A stretch of DNA of 62,357 nt from Acidimicrobiia bacterium. GTDB lineage: Bacteria; Actinomycetota; Acidimicrobiia; Spongiisociales; ZC4RG35. The stretch spans positions 1 through 62,357 of the forward strand of contig DASWKK010000095.1 in the NCBI GenBank assembly GCA_036396655.1. The letters are read 5' to 3'. Positions within the stretch are counted from its first letter, which is position 1. Each line of letters begins with the position of its first letter. Of the stretch, positions 46,423 through 56,226 are shown piece by piece. Under the pieces are notes generated by a model. That model ran no database searches. It was given only the letters and a program-made list of their open reading frames with translations, and had not been told where the DNA came from. The position numbers were made by a program, and so were the translations under genes.

Positions 46423-49400
46423 TCAGACGTAGGGGGTGGACGCCATGAGCAGGCCGCGCAGTGGGATCTCGACCCAGTCGGGTCGGTTGTTCAACTCGTA
46501 ACCGAGCTCATAGGCCGCCTTGTCCAACTGGTATGCGTCGAGCATCCACCTCAGATGGCGTTCGTTCTCCGGCACCAGCAGATGCCCGTCGACCGCGTCG
46601 AGGTATCCCCGCAGGAACGAGGCGGCCAGCCACCGGTTTATGGTGTCGGCCCAGTCCGCCAGCAAGGCGGCATGTTCAGCTTCCTCGACCCCGGTCTCGA
46701 TGGCAGTCCGGAGCGCCATCAATGTCGTGTACTGATAGGACCGGAGCATTCCGGCCACATCTCGAAGCGCGATGCGCTTGATGCGCCGCTCCGACAACGG
46801 CCTCTGCGGTTCGCCTTCAAAATCGATCATCACGAAGTCGTTTCCGGTGAAGAGAACCTGGCCCAAGTGGTAGTCACCATGGATCCGGATTCGCCAGGCT
46901 TCGATCTTCTCGGTGGTGAGCGACCCGAGCTGGTGGAGTAACTCCTGTTCCCGTGCCAGAACCTGATCGGCGAGCTCGCCCACGGCTGGGGTCAATGTGG
47001 AACGCTGACGGCGCAGCAGGTTGAAGCTGGTGCGGATGGATGCCCGTGTCGATTGGTACAACGCTCGCTGATAGAGAGTCGTCATCCGCTCCGGCGCGAA
47101 TACCGGATCGTCCGGCTCCGAGGCGAGTGCGATGTGCATCTCCCCCGTCCTCTGACCGAGCAGCGTCGTCTCGATCAGCGTCACCCCCATGAGGCTGTGG
47201 GCCTCTTCCAACTCCTCGTCGCTGATGTCCAACGGGTGCCTCATCGTTGGAGGAGGGCCGAGCTCGTCGCGTCGCGCCGCCACCTGTTCCAAAATGAGAC
47301 CCATCGAGTCGAGCATGTGCGACCAGGCGTCGCCCTGATTCGGCACGTAGCTCTGAATCAGTGCAAAGGCTGCTTGCTGGCCATCGATGTTGGCGCCGAT
47401 CACACCACGGGTGGATGGCGTGTTGTGGAAGCCGGCCCGTTCCGTCAGGAATTGGCCCACCTCGACGTCCGGGTTCGACCCGGGCTCGACCTTGCGAAAC
47501 AGCTTCATTATCAGCCGCTCGCCGAAGATCACAGAGGTGTTGGATTGCTCGACGGCGCCAACCTTGACCGGCTCGTCAACTATCTCGGCAGGCAGCGTGC
47601 GGCAGCCCGCAATGCGGGCGGGCGCCAGGGTCACGCTGCGCCCCTTCAGTTTCCTCCGGGTAGCAGCCAGTTCGATCAGGGCAGGGGGAAACGAGGGGTC
47701 GAAGGTGGCGTCGTACAAGACGCCGGTCTCCGAGCTCGCATGTACTTCGGCAATGACCGAAGCAGGCTCGTCCTGGACGATGCGCTCGGCATCGACCCCG
47801 GTAGCGAGAGCGATCGGCATCACATAGATGTCTCGGTCCCGTTCCACATACTCCAACTCCAGAAAGGCGACAACGGCGTCGGTGCCAGGTAGCTCCAGCC
47901 GATCCACAAGGTGCCCGCTCCTGATGGTCTCCGTCTTGCTTCGATACCAACGACGACTCTGGATGTCGGCCACGAGAGCTCGTTCCAATTGAACCCGAGC
48001 CCGAAACACACCTCCGATCTCGCCCCGGACGGTGATCCTGGGCAGGCCCGGTGCCTCCTCGGCGGCCGTGCCGCTCTTGGTCAGGCCAAACCAGTAGAAG
48101 TCATGGGGACCGACGGCGAGCAGATAGGGAGTCGACGCGACGACAGGGAACCGGGTCCGACCGAACAACTCCACCGGCTCCGACCCTTCGAAGGCGGTCA
48201 GGTCGATCTCGACCGGCTGAGTGTGACGGGACAGGTTGGCCACCACCAGAACCGAGCGGTCCCCAAGGGTCCTCAGGTAGGTCAACACCTTGGGGTTCTC
48301 GCTGTGAAGGAACTCGATCTCACCCCGGGACAGCTCGGGCATGCTCTTGCGCAACGAAAGGGCTCGCTTCACCCACCACCAAAGCGAGTTGGGGTTGTCC
48401 CGCAGCACCTCGACATTGACCGACTCGTAGTGATACTCGGGGTCGGTGACCACCGGAAAGTAGAGACTCTGAGGGTTGGCGACCGAGAAACCGGCGTTGC
48501 GGTCACCCGACCACTGCATCGGGGTCCTCACCCCGTTGCGGTCACCGAGATAGACGTTGTCTCCCATGCCGATCTCATCCCCGTAGTAAAGGACAGGTGT
48601 GCCGGGCAGCGAGAGAAGGAGGGCGTTCATCAGCTCGATCTCACGGCGGTTATTGCCGAGGAGCGGGGCGAGTCGGCGTCGGATCCCGACGTTGATCCTC
48701 GCCTGAGGATCGCTGGCATACACCCGGTACATGTAGTCACGCTCCTCGTCGGTGACCATCTCCAAGGTGAGCTCGTCGTGATTGCGCAAGAAGATCGCCC
48801 ATGCCGACGACTCGGGAATCGGTGGCGTCTGCTCCAGGATGTCGATGATCGGAAAGCGGTTCTCCATGCGCAGGGCCATGAACAGCCTCGGCATCAGCGG
48901 GAAGTGAAAGCACATATGGCATTCGTCGCCCTGGCCGAAGTACGCCGCGGAATCCTCGGGCCATTGATTGGCCTCCGCAAGCAGCATTCGATCCTGGTAT
49001 TTCGAGTCGACCCGGGCTCGGAGCTTCTTCAGGAACTCGTGGGTCTCGGGCAGGTTCTCACACATGGTCCCCTCCCGCTCGTAGAGGTAAGGAACTGCAT
49101 CGAGACGGAGACCGTCGACACCGGCTTCGAGCCAGAAGTCGAGAGCATCGAACACCGCGTCGTGAACTGCCGGATTATCGAAATTGAGGTCGGGCTGATG
49201 GGAGAAGAAGCGATGCCAGTAGTAGGCGTTCGCCACCGGGTCCCAGGCCCAGTTCGAGGTCTCGGTGTCTTGAAAGATGATCCGGGCGTCCCGGTAGCGC
49301 TCGGGATCGTCAGACCAGACGTAGAAATCTCGCTCGGGGCTGCCGGGGGGTGCTTTCCGCGCCGTCTGAAACCAGGGGTGCTGGTCGGATGTGTGATTGA

Positions 49401-49734
49401 TCACCAACTCGGTGATGACCTTCAAGTCCCTTTTGTGCGCCTCTCTCAGAAACTGGCGAAAGTCGGTCATGGTCCCGTAAGAGGGGTTGATCGCCTTGTA
49501 GTCGGCGATGTCGTAGCCGTCATCGCGGAGAGGCGATGGATAGAAGGGCAGCAACCACAAAGCGGTTACCCCGAGATCCCTCAGATAGTCCAGCTTGGAG
49601 GTGAGGCCCTTGAAGTCACCGATCCCGTCACTGTTGGCGTCGGCAAAGGCCCGGACGTGAACCTCGTAGATAACCGCGTCGTGGTACCAGGCGTCGATAC
49701 CGCCTGGGTCATGGGGGTCAGCGGAAGGAGTCAA
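46423..49734 (-). CDS. treS: Trehalose synthase-maltokinase fusion (TreS-Mak)
   Basis: WYHDAVIYE, DGLRLDAVPYL, FLRNHDELTLE, then VEQSNTS and RIHGDYHLGQVL...DFEGEP kinase domain. TTG 49734 after GAGGAG. Confidence 0.95.
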   Translation of the reverse strand: MTPSADPHDPGGIDAWYHDAVIYEVHVRAFADANSDGIGDFKGLTSKLDYLRDLGVTALWLLPFYPSPLRDDGYDIADYKAINPSYGTMTDFRQFLREAHKRDLKVITELVINHTSDQHPWFQTARKAPPGSPERDFYVWSDDPERYRDARIIFQDTETSNWAWDPVANAYYWHRFFSHQPDLNFDNPAVHDAVFDALDFWLEAGVDGLRLDAVPYLYEREGTMCENLPETHEFLKKLRARVDSKYQDRMLLAEANQWPEDSAAYFGQGDECHMCFHFPLMPRLFMALRMENRFPIIDILEQTPPIPESSAWAIFLRNHDELTLEMVTDEERDYMYRVYASDPQARINVGIRRRLAPLLGNNRREIELMNALLLSLPGTPVLYYGDEIGMGDNVYLGDRNGVRTPMQWSGDRNAGFSVANPQSLYFPVVTDPEYHYESVNVEVLRDNPNSLWWWVKRALSLRKSMPELSRGEIEFLHSENPKVLTYLRTLGDRSVLVVANLSRHTQPVEIDLTAFEGSEPVELFGRTRFPVVASTPYLLAVGPHDFYWFGLTKSGTAAEEAPGLPRITVRGEIGGVFRARVQLERALVADIQSRRWYRSKTETIRSGHLVDRLELPGTDAVVAFLELEYVERDRDIYVMPIALATGVDAERIVQDEPASVIAEVHASSETGVLYDATFDPSFPPALIELAATRRKLKGRSVTLAPARIAGCRTLPAEIVDEPVKVGAVEQSNTSVIFGERLIMKLFRKVEPGSNPDVEVGQFLTERAGFHNTPSTRGVIGANIDGQQAAFALIQSYVPNQGDAWSHMLDSMGLILEQVAARRDELGPPPTMRHPLDISDEELEEAHSLMGVTLIETTLLGQRTGEMHIALASEPDDPVFAPERMTTLYQRALYQSTRASIRTSFNLLRRQRSTLTPAVGELADQVLAREQELLHQLGSLTTEKIEAWRIRIHGDYHLGQVLFTGNDFVMIDFEGEPQRPLSERRIKRIALRDVAGMLRSYQYTTLMALRTAIETGVEEAEHAALLADWADTINRWLAASFLRGYLDAVDGHLLVPENERHLRWMLDAYQLDKAAYELGYELNNRPDWVEIPLRGLLMASTPYV

Positions 49735-51703
49735 GGCTCTCCTCGGAGCGGACCCTTCTCCGCACCGCAAACAGGTGGGCGGGCACTCCTTCTGGGTCGA
49801 GTTGCACGAAATTGCGAACGCCCTCCCACACATAGCGGCGATCGGTGAGGAGGTCGTGCACCTGGAACTGGTGGTTGGGGTCGACGCCGATCGCGCCCGA
49901 GTCGAGATCGACCCACGCCGATTGCACATGGTCGGGGTCGAGATTGACCACGACGAGGACGACGTCGCCCACTGCCCGCTTGGAGTAGCAGAGGATCTTG
50001 TCGTTGTCCGTGGTATGAAAGGTGAGATTGTCGTTGCGTTGGAGAGCGCGGTGGTCATGTCGGGCCTTGTTGACCTGGGTGATCACCGGAGCCAGCGAAT
50101 CGGGGCTGTCGAGGTCCCAGATGCGGATCTGGTACTTCTCCGAGTCTCGGTACTCCTCCGATCCCGGGGTCAGCGGGATGTGGTCCATCATCTCGAAGGC
50201 AGGACCGTATATCCCGCAATTCGAGCTCAGAGTCGCTGCGAGGACATATCGGGCGATGAACATTGGACGCCCACCGGTCTGGAGCTGCTGGGTGAGGATG
50301 TCGGGAGTGTTCGGCCAGAAGCTGGGCCGGAAGAAGCCGTCCTGCCGATCGAGCTCGGTCATGTACTCGATGAGCTCGTGACCCGTGTTGCGCCAGGCAA
50401 AATATGTATACGACTGGGTGAATCCGACCTTGGCCAGCCGGTACATGAGCTTGGGTCTGGTAAACGCCTCGGCAAGGAGGATCACGTCCGGGTGTTCCTT
50501 GCGGATCTCAGCAATGACCCATTCCCAGAAAGGGAAGCTCTTGGTGTGGGGATTGTCGACCCTGAAGATACGGATCTCCTCGTCGATCCAATGGTCGAAG
50601 ACTCCTTTCAGGGCCAACCACAACCCACGCGGATCCGAGGTCTCAAAGTCGAGCGGGAAGATGTCCTGGTACTTCTTGGGAGGGTTCTCGGCGTATTGCA
50701 CCGTGCCGTCGGGGCGAGACCGGAACCACTCGGGATGTTCGGTGACCCAGGGGTGATCGGGTGAGCATTGGAAAGCGATATCCAGAGCGAGCTCCAACCC
50801 CCGCTCCTTGGCGGCGTCACGAAGAACCCTGAAATCCTCGATCGTGCCCAGGTCGGGATTGATCGCGGTGTGCCCGCCAAGCTCGGAGCCGATCGCCCAG
50901 GGCACTCCCGGTTCGTCGGGACCGGCTCGCAACCGGTTGTTGGCGCCTTTGCGAGCGGTGCTGCCGATGGGGTGGATCGGTGGCAGGTAGAGAACGTCGA
51001 AGCCCATGTCGGCGATGTACCCCAGTTGCTTGGCGACATCGACGAAGGTGCCATGCTTGCCGGCATCGATGGACCAGGATCGAGGGAAGAGCTCATACCA
51101 GGTGGAAAATGCAGCCCGCTCCCGGTCGACGATCACTTCGCTTCTCCGCTCGGAGCGAGTAGAGGTGGATCGATCGGGATGCTCGCTCATCGAGGAGCGG
51201 AGCTCGTCGGAGAAAGCGACCTCCAACCGCTCGGTCAAATCGAGGCTGGTGTCAGCGAGTGTCGCGGCATGCTTCCTAAGGGTCCTCGCCGGTTTCCCCC
51301 TGGCCCTGCTCGCGGCGGCGGAGACCAGGGCGGCGCCGATGAGCAGATCGATCGTCACCTCGACCCCGGCGGCCACTTTCTTGTCGAGGCCGTCGGACCA
51401 GGTGGCGAATCGATCCGGCCAGCCTTCTATCTCGAACTGCCAAATGCCCATGTCATCCGGGGTGAAGTCGGCCATCCACCTGTCGTTCCCGATCGCGACC
51501 ATTGGAGTCTCCAGCCACCGTCTGGCACCCGCCCTGCGATATCGGAGCACCGCCGCTATCGCATCGTGCCCATCACAGAAGACATCGGCCTCGACCGCCA
51601 CCGGCTCCCCAACGACGGTCTTGACGGGGAAGCGGCCGCCGTCGATCCGCGGCGATTCCGATTCGATGACCACCCGGCCGGTCGTCGCTGGGATCTTTGC
51701 CAT
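49718..51703 (-). CDS. glgE: Maltose-1-phosphate maltosyltransferase
   Basis: TWYELFPRS, YLPPIHPIG, ENPPKKYQDI, FRVDNPHTK, FWPNTPDIL. Confidence 0.97.
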   Translation of the reverse strand: MAKIPATTGRVVIESESPRIDGGRFPVKTVVGEPVAVEADVFCDGHDAIAAVLRYRRAGARRWLETPMVAIGNDRWMADFTPDDMGIWQFEIEGWPDRFATWSDGLDKKVAAGVEVTIDLLIGAALVSAAASRARGKPARTLRKHAATLADTSLDLTERLEVAFSDELRSSMSEHPDRSTSTRSERRSEVIVDRERAAFSTWYELFPRSWSIDAGKHGTFVDVAKQLGYIADMGFDVLYLPPIHPIGSTARKGANNRLRAGPDEPGVPWAIGSELGGHTAINPDLGTIEDFRVLRDAAKERGLELALDIAFQCSPDHPWVTEHPEWFRSRPDGTVQYAENPPKKYQDIFPLDFETSDPRGLWLALKGVFDHWIDEEIRIFRVDNPHTKSFPFWEWVIAEIRKEHPDVILLAEAFTRPKLMYRLAKVGFTQSYTYFAWRNTGHELIEYMTELDRQDGFFRPSFWPNTPDILTQQLQTGGRPMFIARYVLAATLSSNCGIYGPAFEMMDHIPLTPGSEEYRDSEKYQIRIWDLDSPDSLAPVITQVNKARHDHRALQRNDNLTFHTTDNDKILCYSKRAVGDVVLVVVNLDPDHVQSAWVDLDSGAIGVDPNHQFQVHDLLTDRRYVWEGVRNFVQLDPEGVPAHLFAVRRRVRSEESLDSFR

Positions 51704-51722
51704 GTGCTTCGAATCTAACCGG

Positions 51723-53216
51723 TCACAGGTTTCGCGCCGTCATGAAAGGGCTCACTTCACGCTGGTAGACGTCCCGCCCGGTGATCCCCTCCAAGTTGGA
51801 TGGCACCGACTCGAGTCGGACCAAAAGATCGGGCTCGAGGTCCTTACCCAGCACCTCACGCGCCAACTCGGTGATCCAGCCTGCGTGGCGCAACACGAAC
51901 ACGACCTCCAGGCCCGAGACGTCATCGAAGAACCAGCCGCACGAGGTGTACATCAGCATCGATCGATGCTGCATCTCGAGGAGCCCCATTGCCATGGATC
52001 GTTGCTGAGGAGAGAGCCCGCTTCTGGCGTAGGAACCCAAGAAAGTGTCCTCCGCCCCTCCCAGCACCACGTCTATATAGCCATCCCGTGCCACCCAGGG
52101 ATCGTGGAACAGATCGGCTCCCAGGGCCTCGAAGGGGCCGATCAACTCATCTCGAAGCCAGTCGAGCGTGTCACGTAGCGGCCCGCGCCATCTCTGGTTC
52201 CAGTCCGGGTGCTGCCCGGTGGAACATCCACAGTCGGCGCGCCAACGCTCCACACCATGGGCGCAACTCCATGAGCTGGCCTCGATGATTCGCGCCTTGC
52301 GGACGGCCGGGCTGGTCGACAGGAATTCCGCATAGTTGGTGAGGAGCGCATCGGGCGCCTCGTCAATCATGTCCAGGGCCACCGCGAGCGCCATCTCCCC
52401 GTGTTTGTGATGATGGCCGTAACTCTCCCCATCCGTGGCCACATGGACCAGATGAGGCTCATCGTCGCCCTCACCGCCCGCTTCGATCAAACGCCCTGCC
52501 AGAGCCCTCCCGTCATTGAGGAGACCATTGAAAGCGATCTCTTGTGAGAGCGGCCCGTCGTAGAAGAACACCGAGATCTGGCGCCCTTCCGGCAGGTCGA
52601 TGAGATAGGGGATGCGGGTGTCGATCACACCGCCGTTCACATCGTGCCAGGTGCCATCGTCGCCCTGAACCGATGCCGCCTGGTAGGGCGAAAGGACCGT
52701 GAACACGACGTCTTCGCGGGCAAGCACGTCCAGGGTTTCGGTGTCGGCAGCCGTCTCGGGGAGCCACAACCCTTCGGGACGGCGCCCGAATCGGTGCTCG
52801 AAGTCGGCAATCCCCCACCGCACCTGGGTCAACTTGTCCCGATGGTTGGTCAGGGGAAGGATCGTGTGGTTGTAAGCCTGAGCCATCGCCGATCCGTGAC
52901 CACCGAAACGCAACGAGGAGGCGGCATCGGCCCCGATGATCGCCTGGTACGTCTCGGGGGCGCTGTCTTCGAGCCAGCTGAGCAAGGTAGGGCCAAAGTC
53001 GAAGCTGATTCGCTGGTAGTTGTTGACCGTGCGTATCACCGCGCCGGTGTCATCGAGGATGTGCGCCCTGGTGTTGGCGGCGTAGCACTCCTCTGTGATC
53101 CGCTCATTCCAATCGTGCCACGGAGCAGCAGTGGGTTGTTCGGCCACGATTCCCGTGAACGGGTTCTCCCGTGGCGGCTGATAGAAGTGCCCATGGACAC
53201 AGACGTAGTTGCTCAA
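51723..53216 (-). CDS. GH57-family (DUF3536-type) glycoside hydrolase
   Basis: HGHFYQPPRENP, YNHTILPL, WLPETA nucleophile, ATDGESYGHH, YTSCGWFFDD. Confidence 0.88.
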   Translation of the reverse strand: MSNYVCVHGHFYQPPRENPFTGIVAEQPTAAPWHDWNERITEECYAANTRAHILDDTGAVIRTVNNYQRISFDFGPTLLSWLEDSAPETYQAIIGADAASSLRFGGHGSAMAQAYNHTILPLTNHRDKLTQVRWGIADFEHRFGRRPEGLWLPETAADTETLDVLAREDVVFTVLSPYQAASVQGDDGTWHDVNGGVIDTRIPYLIDLPEGRQISVFFYDGPLSQEIAFNGLLNDGRALAGRLIEAGGEGDDEPHLVHVATDGESYGHHHKHGEMALAVALDMIDEAPDALLTNYAEFLSTSPAVRKARIIEASSWSCAHGVERWRADCGCSTGQHPDWNQRWRGPLRDTLDWLRDELIGPFEALGADLFHDPWVARDGYIDVVLGGAEDTFLGSYARSGLSPQQRSMAMGLLEMQHRSMLMYTSCGWFFDDVSGLEVVFVLRHAGWITELAREVLGKDLEPDLLVRLESVPSNLEGITGRDVYQREVSPFMTARNL

Positions 53217-53246
53217 AGCGGGACAAAGGTAGGCGGAATTATGTTC

Positions 53247-55160
53247 CTATCCGGTCTCTTCGGCCCCCGGCTCGTGTTTGAGGATCACAACGGCGAGAGG
53301 TGGCAGCGTCACATCGATGCTGTGGGGGCGACCGTGATGGGGAACCGCCAGCGGGCCCGTGTCCACCCCCCCGAGGTTGCCCTGGCCGCCGCCGCCGTAG
53401 CTCTCCGAGTCGGTGTTCAGGATCTCTGTCCATCTTCCGGGACCTGGCACCCCGATTCGATACTCATGGCGCGGCACGGGCGTCAGATTGATCGCCACCA
53501 GCGTCGACCCTCCTCTGGCGGACTTACGGAAGTAGGCCATCACGCTGTTCGCCGAGTCATTGGGAACCGCCCACTCGAAGCCACGGGGGTCGCAATCGAG
53601 CTGGTGGAGAGAGGACTCCCGGGCGTAGACCCGGTTGAGATCGGCGGTCAGGAGGCTTATCCCTTGATGAGATCGCTGCTCGCTGAGATACCACTCGAGC
53701 TGGCCGTCGTGGGACCACTCCGAGCGCTGTGCGATCTCGGCCCCCATGAACACCAGCTTCTTCCCGGGTTGGGTGTACATGTAGGCGAGCAGGAGGCGAA
53801 GAGTGGCGAACTTTTGCCAATCGTCGCCTGGGAGCTTCTCGAGCAGTGACCGTTTCCCGTAGACCACCTCGTCATGTGAGAGAGGAAGGATGAAGTTCTC
53901 GCTGAAGGCGTAGACAGCCCGGAAGGTCAGCTCGTGGTGGTGGAAGGCGCGATGGACCGGCTCGCGGGCGAGATGAACCAGCGTGTCATGCATCCAACCC
54001 ATGTCCCATTTCAACCCGAAACCCAAGCCTCCGAGAAAGGTCGGTCGAGACACCATCGGCCAGGAGGTTGACTCTTCCGCCATGGTTTGGGTGTCGGGGA
54101 AGTTCAGATAGACGACCTCGTTGAGCCGTCTGAGAAAAGCGATCGCCTCGAGGTTCTCCCGCCCACCATGGACATTTGGGATCCACTCGCCTACCTGACG
54201 GGAGTAGTCGAGGTAGATCATCGACGCCACCGCGTCCACTCGCAGCCCGTCGACGTGATACCGGTCGAGCCAGAAGACGGCGTTGCTGATCAGGAAAGCG
54301 GGCACTTCGGCTCGCCCGTAGTTGTAGATGTAGGTGTTCCAGTCGGGATGGAACCCGAGTCGAGGGTCTGAATGTTCGTAGAGATGGGTGCCGTCGAAGA
54401 AGCCAAGCCCGTGCTCGTCCTCGGGAAAATGCGAGGGGACCCAATCGAGAATGACCCCGATCCCTTCCTGGTGCAGAGCGTCGATCAGCCCCATGAAATC
54501 TTGTGGTGTGCCAAAGCGGCTGGTCGGAGCGAAGTACCCGGTGGTCTGGTATCCCCAAGAGCCGTAAAAGGGATGTTCCATCACCGGCATGAACTCGGCG
54601 TGGGTGAAACCCAGCCCGCTGAGATAAGGAGGAAGCTGTTCGGCAAGCTCCCGATAGGTCAGGTGGCGATTGTCCTCGCCCCGTCGCCATGAGCCGAGAT
54701 GAACCTCGTAGACACTGATTGGGGCGTCCAGGGCGTTGCGGGCCCCACGGGTCCCCATCCAATCGGCATCACCCCACTCGTAATCGAGGTCCCACACCTT
54801 GGAAGCCGTTTGAGGCGGTGTCTCGTGATGAAAGCCAAACGGGTCGGCTTTCTCCGCGACGAAATCACCGTTGCTGATCCGGTACTTGTAGGTGGCGGCC
54901 GGGCCTACCCCGGCCACAAAGCCCTCCCAGATCCCTGAAACGCCGCGCGGGGTCAGCTGATTGGTGCCCGGGTCCCAGCCGTTCCAGTCGCCGATCACCG
55001 ACACGGTGTCGGCGTTGGGAGCCCAGACCGCAAAGTGGGTGCCGTCTGCGACCGGATGCGCGCCCAGCTTCTCGTACAAGCGGTAGTGGGTGCCCTCGTT
55101 CCACAGATGGAGATCGTCCTCGGTGAGGAGACTTGTTGATTCAGAGGCGCGCCGGGGCAA
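53247..55160 (-). CDS. glgB: 1,4-alpha-glucan branching enzyme (start uncertain: TTG 55160 or 55184)
   Basis: [47 protein letters not shown]. Confidence 0.96.
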   Translation of the reverse strand: MPRRASESTSLLTEDDLHLWNEGTHYRLYEKLGAHPVADGTHFAVWAPNADTVSVIGDWNGWDPGTNQLTPRGVSGIWEGFVAGVGPAATYKYRISNGDFVAEKADPFGFHHETPPQTASKVWDLDYEWGDADWMGTRGARNALDAPISVYEVHLGSWRRGEDNRHLTYRELAEQLPPYLSGLGFTHAEFMPVMEHPFYGSWGYQTTGYFAPTSRFGTPQDFMGLIDALHQEGIGVILDWVPSHFPEDEHGLGFFDGTHLYEHSDPRLGFHPDWNTYIYNYGRAEVPAFLISNAVFWLDRYHVDGLRVDAVASMIYLDYSRQVGEWIPNVHGGRENLEAIAFLRRLNEVVYLNFPDTQTMAEESTSWPMVSRPTFLGGLGFGLKWDMGWMHDTLVHLAREPVHRAFHHHELTFRAVYAFSENFILPLSHDEVVYGKRSLLEKLPGDDWQKFATLRLLLAYMYTQPGKKLVFMGAEIAQRSEWSHDGQLEWYLSEQRSHQGISLLTADLNRVYARESSLHQLDCDPRGFEWAVPNDSANSVMAYFRKSARGGSTLVAINLTPVPRHEYRIGVPGPGRWTEILNTDSESYGGGGQGNLGGVDTGPLAVPHHGRPHSIDVTLPPLAVVILKHEPGAEETG

Positions 55161-55199
55161 GCTCTCTTCCTGGCCGATGGCCAACGAGTGTATCTCAAC

Positions 55200-55306
55200 C
55201 GTTTCTCCCCCCAGCAAACGAAGTGAGCCATTTCTCCCCCCAGCGAACGAAGTGAGCGTTGGGGGGAGTACCCGGAAGGGGGGAGGGGGGTCTTGGGGGG
55301 AGTACC
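55200..55306 (-). repeat. Composite repeat copy R, inverted: head + two 29-nt units
   Basis: Reverse complement matches copy L: head 46/49, overall 100/107. Confidence 0.92.
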
Positions 55307-55506
55307 CCGAAGGGGGGTCTTGGCGCGGTTGGGTCGTCCGACCCAGATCGAGCCGGTCGATATGGTCAATGGTCGAAAAGCCCTTGGGTCTATTGACCTA
55401 TTCGATGACTAGTCACTGTGTCGATGCCAAGGACGGTCCTGTCTCGCGCCCCACCGGGGGCCGATGTAATGGGGGACGAACCGACCGACACGAAAGGGTT
55501 CACATC

Positions 55507-56133
55507 ATGGCATACGCCACAGAGACCTCCGACCGGCGACGCAGACGGGCTCTCCGAGCCGGCACCCCACTCGCCGCTCTTCTGGTGGCAGCGCTCCTCA
55601 TCTGGCAGGGCAGCAACGCTGCCTTCAGTGCGACCACGGACAACACCAATGATGCGTGGGCGACCGGCAACCTCGCCCTCACCAACAATGGCGGTGGCAC
55701 CTCCTACTCGGGCACCACTGCAGCCCTCTTCACCGAGGCCACCCTCAAGCCAGGCGATACCGGTGCCAAGTGCATCACAGTTCAGTCGGGAGGCACCCTG
55801 GCAGGAGACCTCAAGCTCTACCGCGGGGCGGTCAGCGGCACCAACGGCGCGGCGCTGGCCGGAGTCCTCGACGTGACAGTCGACGCGGTATCCGTCGCCG
55901 CCACCACCAACGTGCAGGCCAACTGCGTCGGGTATACCGGTGGGACAGCGGGTGCGGTCTACAACGGGACCCTCAACGGCATGCCTTCGACCTACGCAGC
56001 CGCCTCTGGCACTGCGGTGGCAGCAGGCACCCAGCGGGTGGTCTACCGCATCGGCTGGACCGTCAACCCGGCCGCGGACAACAGTGTCCAGAGCTCATCG
56101 GCGCAGGCCGACCTGATCTGGGAGATCAACTGA
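55507..56133 (+). CDS. TasA/CalY-like, SipW-processed fibre subunit
   Basis: GAAAGGG SD, Arg-rich n-region, h-region, SNA|AFSATTDNTNDAWATGNL, two Cys, C-terminal QSSSAQADLIWEIN. Confidence 0.8.
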   Translation: MAYATETSDRRRRRALRAGTPLAALLVAALLIWQGSNAAFSATTDNTNDAWATGNLALTNNGGGTSYSGTTAALFTEATLKPGDTGAKCITVQSGGTLAGDLKLYRGAVSGTNGAALAGVLDVTVDAVSVAATTNVQANCVGYTGGTAGAVYNGTLNGMPSTYAAASGTAVAAGTQRVVYRIGWTVNPAADNSVQSSSAQADLIWEIN

Positions 56134-56157
56134 CAAGCGACCCGCAATAGATCTGAG

Positions 56158-56201
56158 CATGCCGGCCCCGGCACGGGAGTTCTCGGGCCGGGGCCGGCAT
56201 G
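56158..56201 (+). terminator. Intergenic 15-bp GC stem-loop
   Basis: CATGCCGGCCCCGGC ... GCCGGGGCCGGCATG with further inner pairing and no U-tail. Confidence 0.65.
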
Positions 56202-56226
56202 GTTCAGGCCAGCGGAGGCACCCTCA

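Noticed and set aside
46045-46941. ORFs 46045-46941, 46124-46432 and 46179-46448 with periodic peptides
   Set aside because: They are translations of the tandem repeat and/or antisense to treS.
49735-50058. 108-aa N-terminal extension of TreS
   Set aside because: It overlaps the glgE coding region; TTG 49734 has a GAGGAG SD and matches the family start.
47911-53849. Long antisense ORFs (47911-49848, 51006-52178, 52644-53849 and similar)
   Set aside because: Expected stop-poor shadows of high-GC genes, with no motifs or SD.
55161-55217. glgB N-terminal extension MLGGETVE from the ORF track
   Set aside because: The start lies inside repeat unit R; downstream TTG codons (55184, 55160) are more plausible.
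55357-55405. 12/14 inverted repeat with 21-nt spacer upstream of the pilin as an operator
   Set aside because: Single occurrence, no cognate regulator nearby, too weak to call.
55090-55506. Long N-terminal extension on the pilin
   Set aside because: It runs through antisense glgB and the repeat; ATG 55507 has an SD and a signal peptide.
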